This document shows, piece after piece, positions 17,229 to 26,192 of a DNA stretch of 64,000 bases. Source of the DNA: an uncultured Rhodobacteraceae bacterium (GTDB lineage Bacteria > Pseudomonadota > Alphaproteobacteria > Rhodobacterales > Rhodobacteraceae); the NCBI GenBank assembly GCA_947501555.1, contig CANMWG010000002.1:8224-72223 (forward strand). The letters run 5' to 3'. Position 1 is the stretch's first letter, and each line of letters starts with the position of its first letter. The notes under the pieces were generated by a model. It searched no databases, was not told where the DNA came from, and saw nothing but the letters and a program-made list of their open reading frames with translations. Made by a program: the position numbers and the translations under genes.

Positions 17229-18883
17229 GCCTGTTTGGCCATTGCCGCTGCGCGCACGGCACTGAGTGTCGCACCCGTCGACAGCGCCTCTTCGTCAACC
17301 TGACATTCGATCACAGCGACTGTACCTGCGGTCTGCGCGCGTGCGAATGCATCCGCGAAATCGGCAGTTTTCGTGACAAGCTCACCATGCCCACCATAGG
17401 CCCGCACGAGTGCCGCGAAGTCCGGGTTTGTCAGGCCCGTCCCTGACACGCGCCCCGGATAGGTCTTTTCCTGGTGCATGCGGATCGTCCCGTATCGCCC
17501 GTTGTTCATGACCACGACAATGGGTTTTGCGCCGTGCTGGACGGCTGTCGACAGCTCATTACAGGTCATCTGAAAACACCCGTCCCCGGCAAGGCAAACA
17601 ACCGTACGATCTGGATATTCCAAAGAGGCCGAGATCGCCGCAGGGAACCCGTAACCCATCGACCCCGATGTTGGGGCCAATTGCGTACCATATTGTTTAT
17701 AAACAAAATAACGGTGCAGCCATGCGGCGTAATTTCCGGCCCCATTGGTGATGACAGCGTCGTCAGGCAGATGATCCGAGAGCCATTTGATCACCTCTTC
17801 CTGCTTGACCGCACCGGGGCTTTCCTGCGGCTGTGCCCAGGCTTCATAATCGGCCCGGGCGGCGGCAGACCAGCCCGACCAATCCCCCGCCGGGGGGACA
17901 TCGGCCAGTTGACGCAGAATGTCAGGGGCTGTCGCGACAATCCCGATATCAGGGGTGTAGACGCGGCCTATCTCATCTGGATCAGCATGAATATGAACGA
18001 TGTGTTTTTGCGGACCCGCAGGATCAACGAGCGTATAGCCTTGCGTCTCAATATCCCCAAAGCGGGTACCAAGAAGGATCAGGGTATCAGCGTCACGCAG
18101 CCGGTCGGCGAGCTTCGGATTGATCCCCACATTCAGATCACCGGCGTAGTTTGCATGGTGGTTGTCCATGTAGTCCTGTCTGCGAAACCCAAGGGCGACA
18201 GGGACTTGCTGGCTTTCGGCGAAAGCATGCAGGTCGGCCTGCGCCTGCGCGTTCCAATGCGGGCCACCCACGACAACCAGCGGTTTTTTGGCCTGCCCCA
18301 AAGCGTGCATAATGGCTTGGGTAGCGTCACCGGGAACGGGGCTGGAGATCACCTGGGCCAAGTGAATATCCGGGACATCCGCCACAGCGCTGAGCATGTT
18401 TTCAGGCAAGGCGAGCACAACGGGGCCGGGTCGTCCGGACATCGCGATGCGGAAGGCGCGCCCGATGTATTCGGGCAGCCGATCTGTATGATCGACCTGC
18501 GCCACCCATTTAGCCAGACCCCCAAAAAGAGATTTATAATCAACCTCTTGAAAGGTCTCTCGGTCGGTCTGCCGGTTGTCAATCTGCCCGACAAACAGCA
18601 CCATTGGGGTGCTGTCTTGCTGGGCGATATGAATGCCCGCACTGGCGTTCGTGGCACCGGGGCCGCGGGTCACAAAGCAAACGCCGGGCTGGCCGGTCAT
18701 CTTGCCGTAAGCCTCGGCCATCATGGCGGCACCGCCTTCCTGACGGCAGATGATATTCGCGATGCCGCTGTCAAAAAGCCCATCGAGGGCGGCCAGAAAG
18801 CTTTCGCCCGGAACCGAAAAGACGCGCCGAACGCCGAGCTTAACCAATTGATCGCTCAGTATTTTTCCGCCATGCCGGATCAT
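17225..18883 (-). CDS. Thiamine-pyrophosphate-binding enzyme (acetolactate synthase large-subunit-like family)
   Basis: 552 aa from MIRHGGKILSDQLVKLGVRRVFSVPGESFLA. TPP motif GDGCFQMTCNELSTAV...NNGRYGTI. The ATG at 18883 is chosen over 18973. The stop overlaps the bluB stop by 4 nt (convergent genes). Confidence 0.88.
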   Translation of the reverse strand: MIRHGGKILSDQLVKLGVRRVFSVPGESFLAALDGLFDSGIANIICRQEGGAAMMAEAYGKMTGQPGVCFVTRGPGATNASAGIHIAQQDSTPMVLFVGQIDNRQTDRETFQEVDYKSLFGGLAKWVAQVDHTDRLPEYIGRAFRIAMSGRPGPVVLALPENMLSAVADVPDIHLAQVISSPVPGDATQAIMHALGQAKKPLVVVGGPHWNAQAQADLHAFAESQQVPVALGFRRQDYMDNHHANYAGDLNVGINPKLADRLRDADTLILLGTRFGDIETQGYTLVDPAGPQKHIVHIHADPDEIGRVYTPDIGIVATAPDILRQLADVPPAGDWSGWSAAARADYEAWAQPQESPGAVKQEEVIKWLSDHLPDDAVITNGAGNYAAWLHRYFVYKQYGTQLAPTSGSMGYGFPAAISASLEYPDRTVVCLAGDGCFQMTCNELSTAVQHGAKPIVVVMNNGRYGTIRMHQEKTYPGRVSGTGLTNPDFAALVRAYGGHGELVTKTADFADAFARAQTAGTVAVIECQVDEEALSTGATLSAVRAAAMAKQA

Positions 18884-18985
18884 CGCCGCCTCCTTGATAA
18901 CCACCAGGATGATCATGTGCGAAATCAACGGGTTGCGCAATCGGACAAACGCAGTAGCTTTCATGAAAACCACAGGGAAGGAACG

Positions 18986-19519
18986 ATGATGACAACACTT
19001 CTTGGGATTTCCGGGTCCCTGCGCAAAGCGTCAACAAACACCATGCTGATGCGCAATGCGGCCGAGATTTTCGACGCGGATGAATTTATTGAAGCGGACA
19101 TCCGTTTGCCGCTTTACGATGGTGATCTGGAAGAGGCCAAGGGCATCCCGCCGATCGTCCAAAAACTGGCCGATCAGATCGCTGCTGCCGATGCTGTCAT
19201 TGTCGTAACCCCTGAATATAACAAGGCAATTTCGGGGTCACTGAAGAACGCGCTGGATTGGGTCAGCCGGACAAAAGGCGGGGTCTGGAAAGGAAAACCT
19301 GTGGCGATCATGTCCGCTGCCGCTGGCCGCGCGGGGGGTGAGCGCGCGCAGTTTTCCTTGCGTCTGGCGATGATGGCCTTTCGTCCAAACCTGTTGCAGG
19401 GACCCGAGATTTTGGTTGCGAGTTCAGCCAAGGAATTCGATGAGGCTGGCAAACTGACAAATGACAGATACCGCGCACAGATCACCGAATTGATGGGTGA
19501 TTTGCGCGGGCTGATCTGA
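18986..19519 (+). CDS. NAD(P)H-dependent FMN reductase family protein
   Basis: 177 aa. LLGISGSLRKASTNTMLMRNA...VVTPEYNKAISGSLKNALDWVS is the typical FMN_red signature. It is the only credible part of the 681-aa track ORF. Confidence 0.88.
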   Translation: MMTTLLGISGSLRKASTNTMLMRNAAEIFDADEFIEADIRLPLYDGDLEEAKGIPPIVQKLADQIAAADAVIVVTPEYNKAISGSLKNALDWVSRTKGGVWKGKPVAIMSAAAGRAGGERAQFSLRLAMMAFRPNLLQGPEILVASSAKEFDEAGKLTNDRYRAQITELMGDLRGLI

Positions 19520-19721
19520 GACAGATTAATCCGGCAAAAAACTGCCAGCATGCGATAGCAAGACCGCGTACAGACTGCGTACATATCCTGTATGTACGCG
19601 CACCTATTTTGCCCCGGTCAACGGCCCGCGCGTTGCGCCACCCCCCTTTGGGGCCGAAGAAGGCTGGCATTTGGGCCATGACGCCCTTAGATAGTGACGT
19701 CAGAACCAGCAAATTCGGAGA

Positions 19722-20120
19722 GTGCAGATGGCACGAGGCGCAGGCGGAAGTGACGGCGGAACAGGGTCCTTTTTGATCGGTCTGATCATGATGATCGGCG
19801 GTGGCTATCTGCTGCTGGACGGCATCGTGATCCGCCCCAATTTCGGACTGGGCGCCCGCGCCTTTGGGATCGGCGGCGTGTCGATCACCAGCGGCATGAT
19901 CCTGATCCCGTTTATGTTTGGGATCGGCATCATCTTTTACAACTCCAAGAACTGGATCGGCTGGATACTCGCCTGCGGATCGATGGTCGCGCTGGTATTC
20001 GGCGTCGTGGCGAATATGACGCTGCAATTGGACCGGATGAGTGCCTTTGATCTGATCACAATATTAGTGTTGTTTGTCGGCGGGATCGGGTTGTTTTTGC
20101 GGTCAATGCGGGCGGGTTAG
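19722..20120 (+). CDS. Small integral membrane protein (4 predicted TM helices), function unknown
   Basis: Gly-rich and hydrophobic: FLIGLIMMIGGGYLLLDG, SGMILIPFMFGIGIIFY, WILACGSMVALVFGVV, ITILVLFVGGIGLFL. Confidence 0.6.
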   Translation: MQMARGAGGSDGGTGSFLIGLIMMIGGGYLLLDGIVIRPNFGLGARAFGIGGVSITSGMILIPFMFGIGIIFYNSKNWIGWILACGSMVALVFGVVANMTLQLDRMSAFDLITILVLFVGGIGLFLRSMRAG

Positions 20121-20171
20121 CTCTGCGGGGCTGTCGCCGTACCAGCGCGCATGATGCTGAAGTGAGCCTTT

Positions 20172-21311
20172 ATGAATTTTGAAACCATCGCATCTTTCGA
20201 AAACGCCATTCTTGCCGTGCTCGCGGGAATGGTCGTTCTGATCTGGCTTATGTTCCATCGTGACAACCGAAGAATGGAAAACGAACAGCCCTTTACCTCC
20301 TTTTCTGACAATGTCCTGGCCGAGCAGACAAACAGTCCACAGGCACCTAAGTCAGTCAAAGAAATACGGGATGAAATTTACTTGTTTCAGGAAGCGTACT
20401 TCTATGAGCAACTGGATAAAGACCGTCACCAGCTCCTGTCGCCGGAACGTGAGGCCGTGGCACTTTACAGGCTACGGCTGTACCTGATGTCGGGTCCGGG
20501 ACATTTGTCGACCTTGCTGGATACGCCTGATGGAAGTGATCTTTTCGATATTCAAAAGGGCTTAGGGGACTTTGGCCTTCCCGACTTGGCAGCCATCTTT
20601 GCGCACGCAGAAACACTGATTGAAGACCATTTAATTGACCAGCGGAGCGCCGACTTGCGTCAAGCGCATGCGGGTACGTTGATTGATCGTCGCAATCGAC
20701 CAACCAAAACGTACATTCGGCATCAATTGAACCTGCGCGACGGCGAGCGCCGATTGTCCGTCGTCTTGACACAATTCTTGCTTGAAACGTTTGGTACGGC
20801 TGGGGTCCCACCCGACATCCTTGCACACGCACAACAGACAATTGCCCCGCCCGAACCCCGCGAACCCTACGTCATTCCAGAAAAGCGCCCCATTGCACCT
20901 TATTTCCAAAAAGCACGGAGCGTTGCATCGCAAAACTACGAAAAACTGTTGGCATCGCAGCTGTCGGATGGCGACCTTAACATCCTGAGGTTGTCTGAAC
21001 TGATTGCCGCGTTATCCTGTCGCGATGTTGCGCATTTCGCTGATACGACCCTAGACGACATTATGATCTCGGGCACCTGCAAGTTGCTTGCCGAAAACGA
21101 CGCTGCTGACCTTGCTCAACTATTTGAGAAAATCATGCAGGTTTGGCTATCGTATCGGATGAATGAAATTTCAGGCCACGATCAAGAGCACCGCTTTCAA
21201 GGCTTGTTTTATCAGGTGAATCAAGCCGGCGGTGAAGAACGGCTTCTTAAGATTGCGGATGAGTATGCGTTCTCGCACTATCCTTGGAAAAACACCGCCA
21301 AGGGCCTGTGA
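20172..21311 (+). CDS. Hypothetical membrane-anchored protein (379 aa) with two internal helical repeats
   Basis: Single N-terminal TM helix AILAVLAGMVVLIWLMF. Two modules (about residues 89-160 and 270-335) loosely resemble DUF4375/DMP19-like repeats. Lower GC than its surroundings. Confidence 0.6.
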   Translation: MNFETIASFENAILAVLAGMVVLIWLMFHRDNRRMENEQPFTSFSDNVLAEQTNSPQAPKSVKEIRDEIYLFQEAYFYEQLDKDRHQLLSPEREAVALYRLRLYLMSGPGHLSTLLDTPDGSDLFDIQKGLGDFGLPDLAAIFAHAETLIEDHLIDQRSADLRQAHAGTLIDRRNRPTKTYIRHQLNLRDGERRLSVVLTQFLLETFGTAGVPPDILAHAQQTIAPPEPREPYVIPEKRPIAPYFQKARSVASQNYEKLLASQLSDGDLNILRLSELIAALSCRDVAHFADTTLDDIMISGTCKLLAENDAADLAQLFEKIMQVWLSYRMNEISGHDQEHRFQGLFYQVNQAGGEERLLKIADEYAFSHYPWKNTAKGL

Positions 21312-21519
21312 TTTACGTAGACGCCCCCCCGCACAAAATGCCTTTCACAAACCTATAGCAATGCGCAATAAACCCGGATTTTTGTGGGAAATTCGAAAGG
21401 TACGCGCTGGTCTGGATTTGCCACTGGTGTGGTATTCTGAGCAAACTGGACATCAAGCAACACTCAGTTGCACACACGACGCTGCCGTCTGGGCGCCGCC
21501 TTCCCGGGGGCTTTCCAGC

Positions 21520-22446
21520 CTACATGCGGCTTTTCCAAAGGGCCCGGACGTCTTCGGCCTCCATGCGGGGTGTTTCGATGGTGATCTCCCGCGTGGCATG
21601 TGCCGTTTCATGTCGCCCAACAAACACCAAGACGGCAGCTGCAGATTGCAGGCTGAAAGTCCAGAACCAAACGGCGATGAATGCGATGTAATATGGCACG
21701 TCAGCCCAACCGAATTCCTCAGATGTACCTGTAAGGAGCACCTCTATAAGTGCGAACATGACATCCACGAAGCTTTGCGCAAATTCAAAGCTACTACCGA
21801 CGCCGAAGACGGCTTTGCTGAATATTGGGATCACGCAATACGCGAATACAACGATGATCAAAAGGGGGACAAAAGCCGCGCCAAAACCTGCAAAGGGTGT
21901 GTGCCCCCGGCCCGATGGGTCTGCGTTGACGGACGCCCCCGCGAAGGTCACCAGTAGTGCCGCACGGAGTGCCAGCAAAACCCCCGCGATCACGAGCATC
22001 AGCACGTTGATGGTTTCCCGGTATTTATCAGCAAACTTGAAAAAATCTTGGTCGATTAACCTGATGACTTCGGTCAAGGTTAGCCCTGTAAGGGTCAAGA
22101 ATGTAAAGCCGGCCCCGATGATCAGCACTGTTGCCACCAGCCCTTCAACCGCGCCATAGCCCAGGATGGGCCAGTACATCTTGCCAAACCTGCTATTTTC
22201 CCGAACGCCTTTTCGTTGCAAACCGATCCGCGCCCCAATCATTGTTGGGATGATTGATCCAATGACAACATAAACCGACGGGGCAAATATGATCGAGACC
22301 ACTGGCCCAAACAAAAAGTACAGGAAGATGCTGTAGATCGAGATAGCAAACCCAATCAAGATCATTGAGAGAAAAACAACGGGTGCATAAAGAAAAAGCT
22401 GCCATAGAATGCTGAACGACAGCGGGACCGCGCGAAATACGAGCAT
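21520..22446 (-). CDS. Uncharacterised polytopic membrane protein, paralogue A of 29396..30340
   Basis: 308 aa, about 8 TM helices. Motifs shared with the paralogue: IGARIGLQRKG, DPSGRGHTPFAGFGAAFVPLL, and the C-terminal LWKSRM. Lower GC. Confidence 0.7.
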   Translation of the reverse strand: MLVFRAVPLSFSILWQLFLYAPVVFLSMILIGFAISIYSIFLYFLFGPVVSIIFAPSVYVVIGSIIPTMIGARIGLQRKGVRENSRFGKMYWPILGYGAVEGLVATVLIIGAGFTFLTLTGLTLTEVIRLIDQDFFKFADKYRETINVLMLVIAGVLLALRAALLVTFAGASVNADPSGRGHTPFAGFGAAFVPLLIIVVFAYCVIPIFSKAVFGVGSSFEFAQSFVDVMFALIEVLLTGTSEEFGWADVPYYIAFIAVWFWTFSLQSAAAVLVFVGRHETAHATREITIETPRMEAEDVRALWKSRM

Positions 22447-22739
22447 GAAGAAACCTTAAGTATCTGTTTTATGGGAAAAATGGCACTCGGAAAAAATCAG
22501 GAAAACGCTTTTTCCGTCTCGCAAGAACATTAATGTCCGGTGCGCCGCCGTCAATGTAGAAAGATGATTGCGGTGTTTCGCCTGCTACATCCTTTTTGAT
22601 TGGTCCCGGTTGCAGGGCAGGATGCGGCGCAAGAACCGCAGCCTTCGGGACAGCCTATGGGATTGGCTTGTGTTTGCAGTCACTTCGGGCAGGATGATGC
22701 TGAAGCCAGTTATTGGCCTGAAAAAGTAGGACTGACCAA

Positions 22740-23135
22740 ATGCCCGCAAATGAATTGTTGTTTCACATGATTGACGGCGCGACCCAGCCCGTCGCCCCGT
22801 TTAGTCATGCAGTTGAGGCTGGAGGCTTTGTCTTTTTGACCGGTCAGATGCCCGATACCCCTGAAGACAAGGGTGTCCTTCCCGAGGGAATTACCGCCCA
22901 GACCCGCAACGTCATGGCCAATCTGACCACGATTTTGCACGGGTTGGATTTGGATTTGTCCCATGTCGTCTCGGTCCGTGCTTATCTGACCGAATTTCAA
23001 CGTGACTACGCCGAATTTAACGCGACCTATGAGACGTTCTTTCCCGCAGATCGCCGCCCGGCCCGGACTTGCATTGGCACTACAGGCCTGGCCTATGATG
23101 CCTTGGTTGAGATTGACCTTGTAGCACGCCGTTAG
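22740..23135 (+). CDS. ridA: RidA family protein (reactive intermediate/imine deaminase)
   Basis: PFSHAVEAGGFVFLTGQMP...RPARTCIGTTGLAYDALVEIDLVA is the YjgF/RidA signature. Confidence 0.85.
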   Translation: MPANELLFHMIDGATQPVAPFSHAVEAGGFVFLTGQMPDTPEDKGVLPEGITAQTRNVMANLTTILHGLDLDLSHVVSVRAYLTEFQRDYAEFNATYETFFPADRRPARTCIGTTGLAYDALVEIDLVARR

Positions 23136-23145
23136 AAGTGCGGCC

Positions 23146-23523
23146 TTAATTGTCCGCGACCCCATCCTCGTCGGGCGTATTCAGCGTTGACCATGTATCG
23201 TCCCGCGGCGGATTGGGTGTTGTGTCGCAGGCCCTTTTGTGAATATTCACCTTGGCGATGAAGTTCGCCGAAATCGGTGCTGTGACAAACAAGAACGCCA
23301 TGATCAACAATTCATGGAGCGAGGGTTCACCCAAAGTGAAGGCATGCACGATCGAAGCAAACAGCAACATGCCGATCCCAACGGTCCCCACTTTGGTTGG
23401 CGCATGCAGCCGCGTCATCGGGTCGTTGAACTTCAGCAGCCCAATGACCCCGACAATCGCAAAGCCTGATCCGATCAGCAGCGACAGGCCAACAATATAG
23501 GTTCCAATGATCTGAGCGGTCAT
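23146..23523 (-). CDS. mrpG: Na+/H+ (K+/H+) antiporter subunit G
   Basis: 125 aa, 3 TM helices. LLKFNDPMTRLHAPTK motif. Last gene of the operon. Its start overlaps the mrpF stop. Confidence 0.88.
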   Translation of the reverse strand: MTAQIIGTYIVGLSLLIGSGFAIVGVIGLLKFNDPMTRLHAPTKVGTVGIGMLLFASIVHAFTLGEPSLHELLIMAFLFVTAPISANFIAKVNIHKRACDTTPNPPRDDTWSTLNTPDEDGVADN

Positions 23524-23807
23524 TCGATGATATTCCCCCGCAAGATGAACCGCGCCAGCGCCACGGTTGATACGAACCCAAGCATCGCGATGAGCAATGC
23601 GATCTCAAAGTAAATCTGCACCCCTTGGTGGATCCCCAGCACGATCACCAGCCCCAGCGCGTTGATCACCATCGTATCAAGCGCCAGGATCCGGTCCCCC
23701 GATGTAGGCCCCAGAACCAGCCGCACCATCGACAGGATTTGCCCCAGTGCCAAAGCCACAAAGGTGATCCCCAATGCCACGTTCAAGAATTCCGATGCAA
23801 ACATCAT
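23520..23807 (-). CDS. mrpF: Cation:proton antiporter subunit F
   Basis: 95 aa, 3 TM helices. GPTSGDRILALDT motif. Overlapping start and stop codons on both sides. Confidence 0.88.
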   Translation of the reverse strand: MMFASEFLNVALGITFVALALGQILSMVRLVLGPTSGDRILALDTMVINALGLVIVLGIHQGVQIYFEIALLIAMLGFVSTVALARFILRGNIIE

Positions 23808-24304
23808 GAGAAAATCTCCAACAGCCGCGCTTCATATCTTGTCTTGATCTCGTCCCGCACCCCGTCCGGGTCGTCGGTATGCAGCACATGCACCAGCAGG
23901 CTGTGCCCTTCGTCTGACAGATCGGCCGAGACCGTCCCCGGCGTCAGTGTGATGGTCCCGGCCAGCATCGTGATCGCCTCGGGTTCGCGCAGCTCAAGCG
24001 GGACCACGATCCATGCTGGCTTTAACTTGGTCGCGGGCACGCTGATCACGATCCAAGCCACTTGGATGTTGGCCACGATGATGTCCCAGATCACGATCAG
24101 GCTGTAGCTGATCATTTTTCCTGCCCGGAACCCTTTAGGTGTGTCCGGCCACCAGATCGATGTCCCCCATGGGATCAGCACCCCTAGGATGAACCCAAAG
24201 ACCAACATACCAGCCGAGAAATGGTTTTGCAGCAGCATCCAGACCAGCGTCAGGATCAATGTCACAAGAGGGTGCGGCAGGAGCCAATTGAATGCGCGTG
24301 CCAT
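23804..24304 (-). CDS. mrpE: Cation:proton antiporter subunit E
   Basis: 166 aa from MARAFNWLLPHPLVTLILTLVWMLL. ITLTPGTVSADLS motif. The track start at 24436 is rejected because it overlaps mrpD. Confidence 0.85.
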   Translation of the reverse strand: MARAFNWLLPHPLVTLILTLVWMLLQNHFSAGMLVFGFILGVLIPWGTSIWWPDTPKGFRAGKMISYSLIVIWDIIVANIQVAWIVISVPATKLKPAWIVVPLELREPEAITMLAGTITLTPGTVSADLSDEGHSLLVHVLHTDDPDGVRDEIKTRYEARLLEIFS

Positions 24305-24305
24305 G

Positions 24306-25847
24306 CTAGTGGTCCTCCTCGGTCTTGGTTCCGTCACTGAGCTTGCCCGGCGTGTCCACCACCGTTGAGATATAGGGCGCGGGCGCAAAGAGCTGTGCGG
24401 CGATGCTGTTTGTGTACCGGTGCATTTGCCCCGCAAGCACCGTATGCGCGACCAGCAGCGCGATCAGCCCGCCCACCGCCACATAGGACATGGTCGCGGG
24501 TGGGGGTACTGTTTGATCGCCCTCAACGCTTTTGGCTTTCCAGAACAGGATGCTGCCTGCGCGTGCAAAACCCACGACGCTGATCAGGCTGGACCCCAGC
24601 ACAATAGCCCAGATCCACACCATCAGATCTGTGTCAAATCCAGCATCCAGCACCAAAAGCTTGCCTAGGAACCCTGACAAAGGCGGCAAGCCCGCCATCG
24701 CAATCGCCCCAACGAAGTAAAGCCCCGCTGTCAGTGTCGCCCCGGCGATAGGCGGCTGCGCTGTCAGATCCAGATTGGCCCGCCCTGCCCGCACCAGATC
24801 GCTGATCAGGAACAAGGCCGCCCCTGCCAGTGTTGAATGCACGATGTAATAAAGCGCCGCCGCGATCCCTGCCGGTGTGAACAGCGCGATGGAGACCATG
24901 ACCATTCCCATCGACCCGATGATCGAGAAGGCGACCAGCCTGTCGAGTTTCTTGGCCGCCAGCACCCCGATCATCCCAATCGCAAGCGAGATCAGTGCAG
25001 CAGGCAGCAGCCAAGTGTCGTGCAGCCCTGCTGTCACCGCAACGTCAGGTGGGAAGATCAGCGTATAGACCCGGATGATCGCGTAGGCCCCGACCTTGGT
25101 CATGATCGCGAAGAGTGCCGCCACGGGTGCAGGTGCCTCGGCGTAGCTGGAGGGCAGCCAGAAATGCAGCGGCACGACGGCCGCCTTGATCGCGAAGACC
25201 AGCAACAGCAGCACTGCGGCCAGACGAATGCCTACTGTTTCATCCGCGCTGATCAATCCCACCCGGTTGGCCAGATCCGCCATGTTCAGCGTGCCGGTTT
25301 CTGCATAGATCGCACCCAAGGCGAACAAGAACAACGTCGATCCGATCAGGTTGAACAATACATATTGCACCCCTGCCCGCAGTCTTTTCGTCCCGCCTGC
25401 GTGGATCATCAGCCCGTAAGAGGCGATCAAAAGCACCTCGAAAAACACAAAGAGGTTGAACAGGTCCCCCGTCAGGAAGGCCCCTAAAATCCCCATCAGT
25501 TGGAACTGGAACAGCGCATGGAAATGTCGCCCTCGGTTGTCCCAGCCAGAGCTGATGGCGTAGATCAGCACGAACAGCGCAAGCACCACCGTCAACAGCA
25601 CCATCATGGTGGACAACCTGTCTCCGACCAGCACGATCCCAAACGGGGCTGCCCAATCGCCCAGTTGATAAAGCATGACCGTGCCGTCGGCAGCCGCCCA
25701 TGCCAGACCGCCGGAGATGCCGATCAGCATCAGCACCCCCGCGAGGGAAAAGACCCTTTGGATCCCGATGTGATAGCGCGCGGCAAGTACGATGAAGGGT
25801 GCCAGCATTGCAGGCAGCACCACGGGGGCGATTAACCAATGGGTCAT
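24306..25847 (-). CDS. mrpD: Cation:proton antiporter subunit D (NuoN/NuoM-like)
   Basis: 513 aa, polytopic, NADH-quinone oxidoreductase chain-like proton-pumping fold. In operon. Confidence 0.92.
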   Translation of the reverse strand: MTHWLIAPVVLPAMLAPFIVLAARYHIGIQRVFSLAGVLMLIGISGGLAWAAADGTVMLYQLGDWAAPFGIVLVGDRLSTMMVLLTVVLALFVLIYAISSGWDNRGRHFHALFQFQLMGILGAFLTGDLFNLFVFFEVLLIASYGLMIHAGGTKRLRAGVQYVLFNLIGSTLFLFALGAIYAETGTLNMADLANRVGLISADETVGIRLAAVLLLLVFAIKAAVVPLHFWLPSSYAEAPAPVAALFAIMTKVGAYAIIRVYTLIFPPDVAVTAGLHDTWLLPAALISLAIGMIGVLAAKKLDRLVAFSIIGSMGMVMVSIALFTPAGIAAALYYIVHSTLAGAALFLISDLVRAGRANLDLTAQPPIAGATLTAGLYFVGAIAMAGLPPLSGFLGKLLVLDAGFDTDLMVWIWAIVLGSSLISVVGFARAGSILFWKAKSVEGDQTVPPPATMSYVAVGGLIALLVAHTVLAGQMHRYTNSIAAQLFAPAPYISTVVDTPGKLSDGTKTEEDH

Positions 25848-26191
25848 GATGTGCCCTCCGACCTGTCATTGGGTTGATCATCCACATGGTCATCGTCGGA
25901 CCCCAGAAACGCCCCCAAACCGATCATCACCACGACAGCCGTCATCCCAAATGAGATCACGATAGCTGTCAGCACCAAGGCCTGCGGCAGCGGGTCTGTA
26001 TAGGTCGTGATGTCGTCGCGCAGCACCGGTGGTACACCGACCGCAACCCGACCTGATGTGAACAAAAAGACGTTCACCGCATAGGTCAGCAGTGAGATCC
26101 CCAAGATCACCGGGAAGGTCCGCAAACGTAAGACAAGGTAGATCCCTGCGGCGGTCAGGACCCCGATAGCGGATGCAATGAGAAGTTCCAT
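25844..26191 (-). CDS. mrpC: Cation:proton antiporter subunit C (NuoK-like)
   Basis: 115 aa from MELLIASAIGVLTAAGIYLVLR. AGGAGGG ribosome-binding site upstream of the ATG at 26191. Confidence 0.88.
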   Translation of the reverse strand: MELLIASAIGVLTAAGIYLVLRLRTFPVILGISLLTYAVNVFLFTSGRVAVGVPPVLRDDITTYTDPLPQALVLTAIVISFGMTAVVVMIGLGAFLGSDDDHVDDQPNDRSEGTS

Positions 26192-26192
26192 G

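Noticed and set aside
17474-18985. The N-terminal roughly 500 codons of the 681-aa + strand ORF 17474..19519.
   Set aside because: This part is antisense to the well-supported TPP enzyme and has no protein-like motifs. Only the last 177 codons, from the ATG at 18986, form a recognisable FMN reductase.
21232-21957. A 241-aa + strand ORF overlapping the 3' part of membrane paralogue A.
   Set aside because: The opposite-strand product is a coherent polytopic membrane protein with a conserved paralogue. The + strand ORF has odd composition (Cys/Arg/His-rich) and no ribosome-binding site.
24837-25893. 216-217-aa ORFs (both strands) within mrpD, and many 60-140-aa ORFs within mrpA.
   Set aside because: They are Arg/His/Gln/Asp-rich reverse-frame products of hydrophobic membrane-protein coding sequence. 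The minus-strand mrp genes have coupled start and stop codons and canonical subunit sizes.
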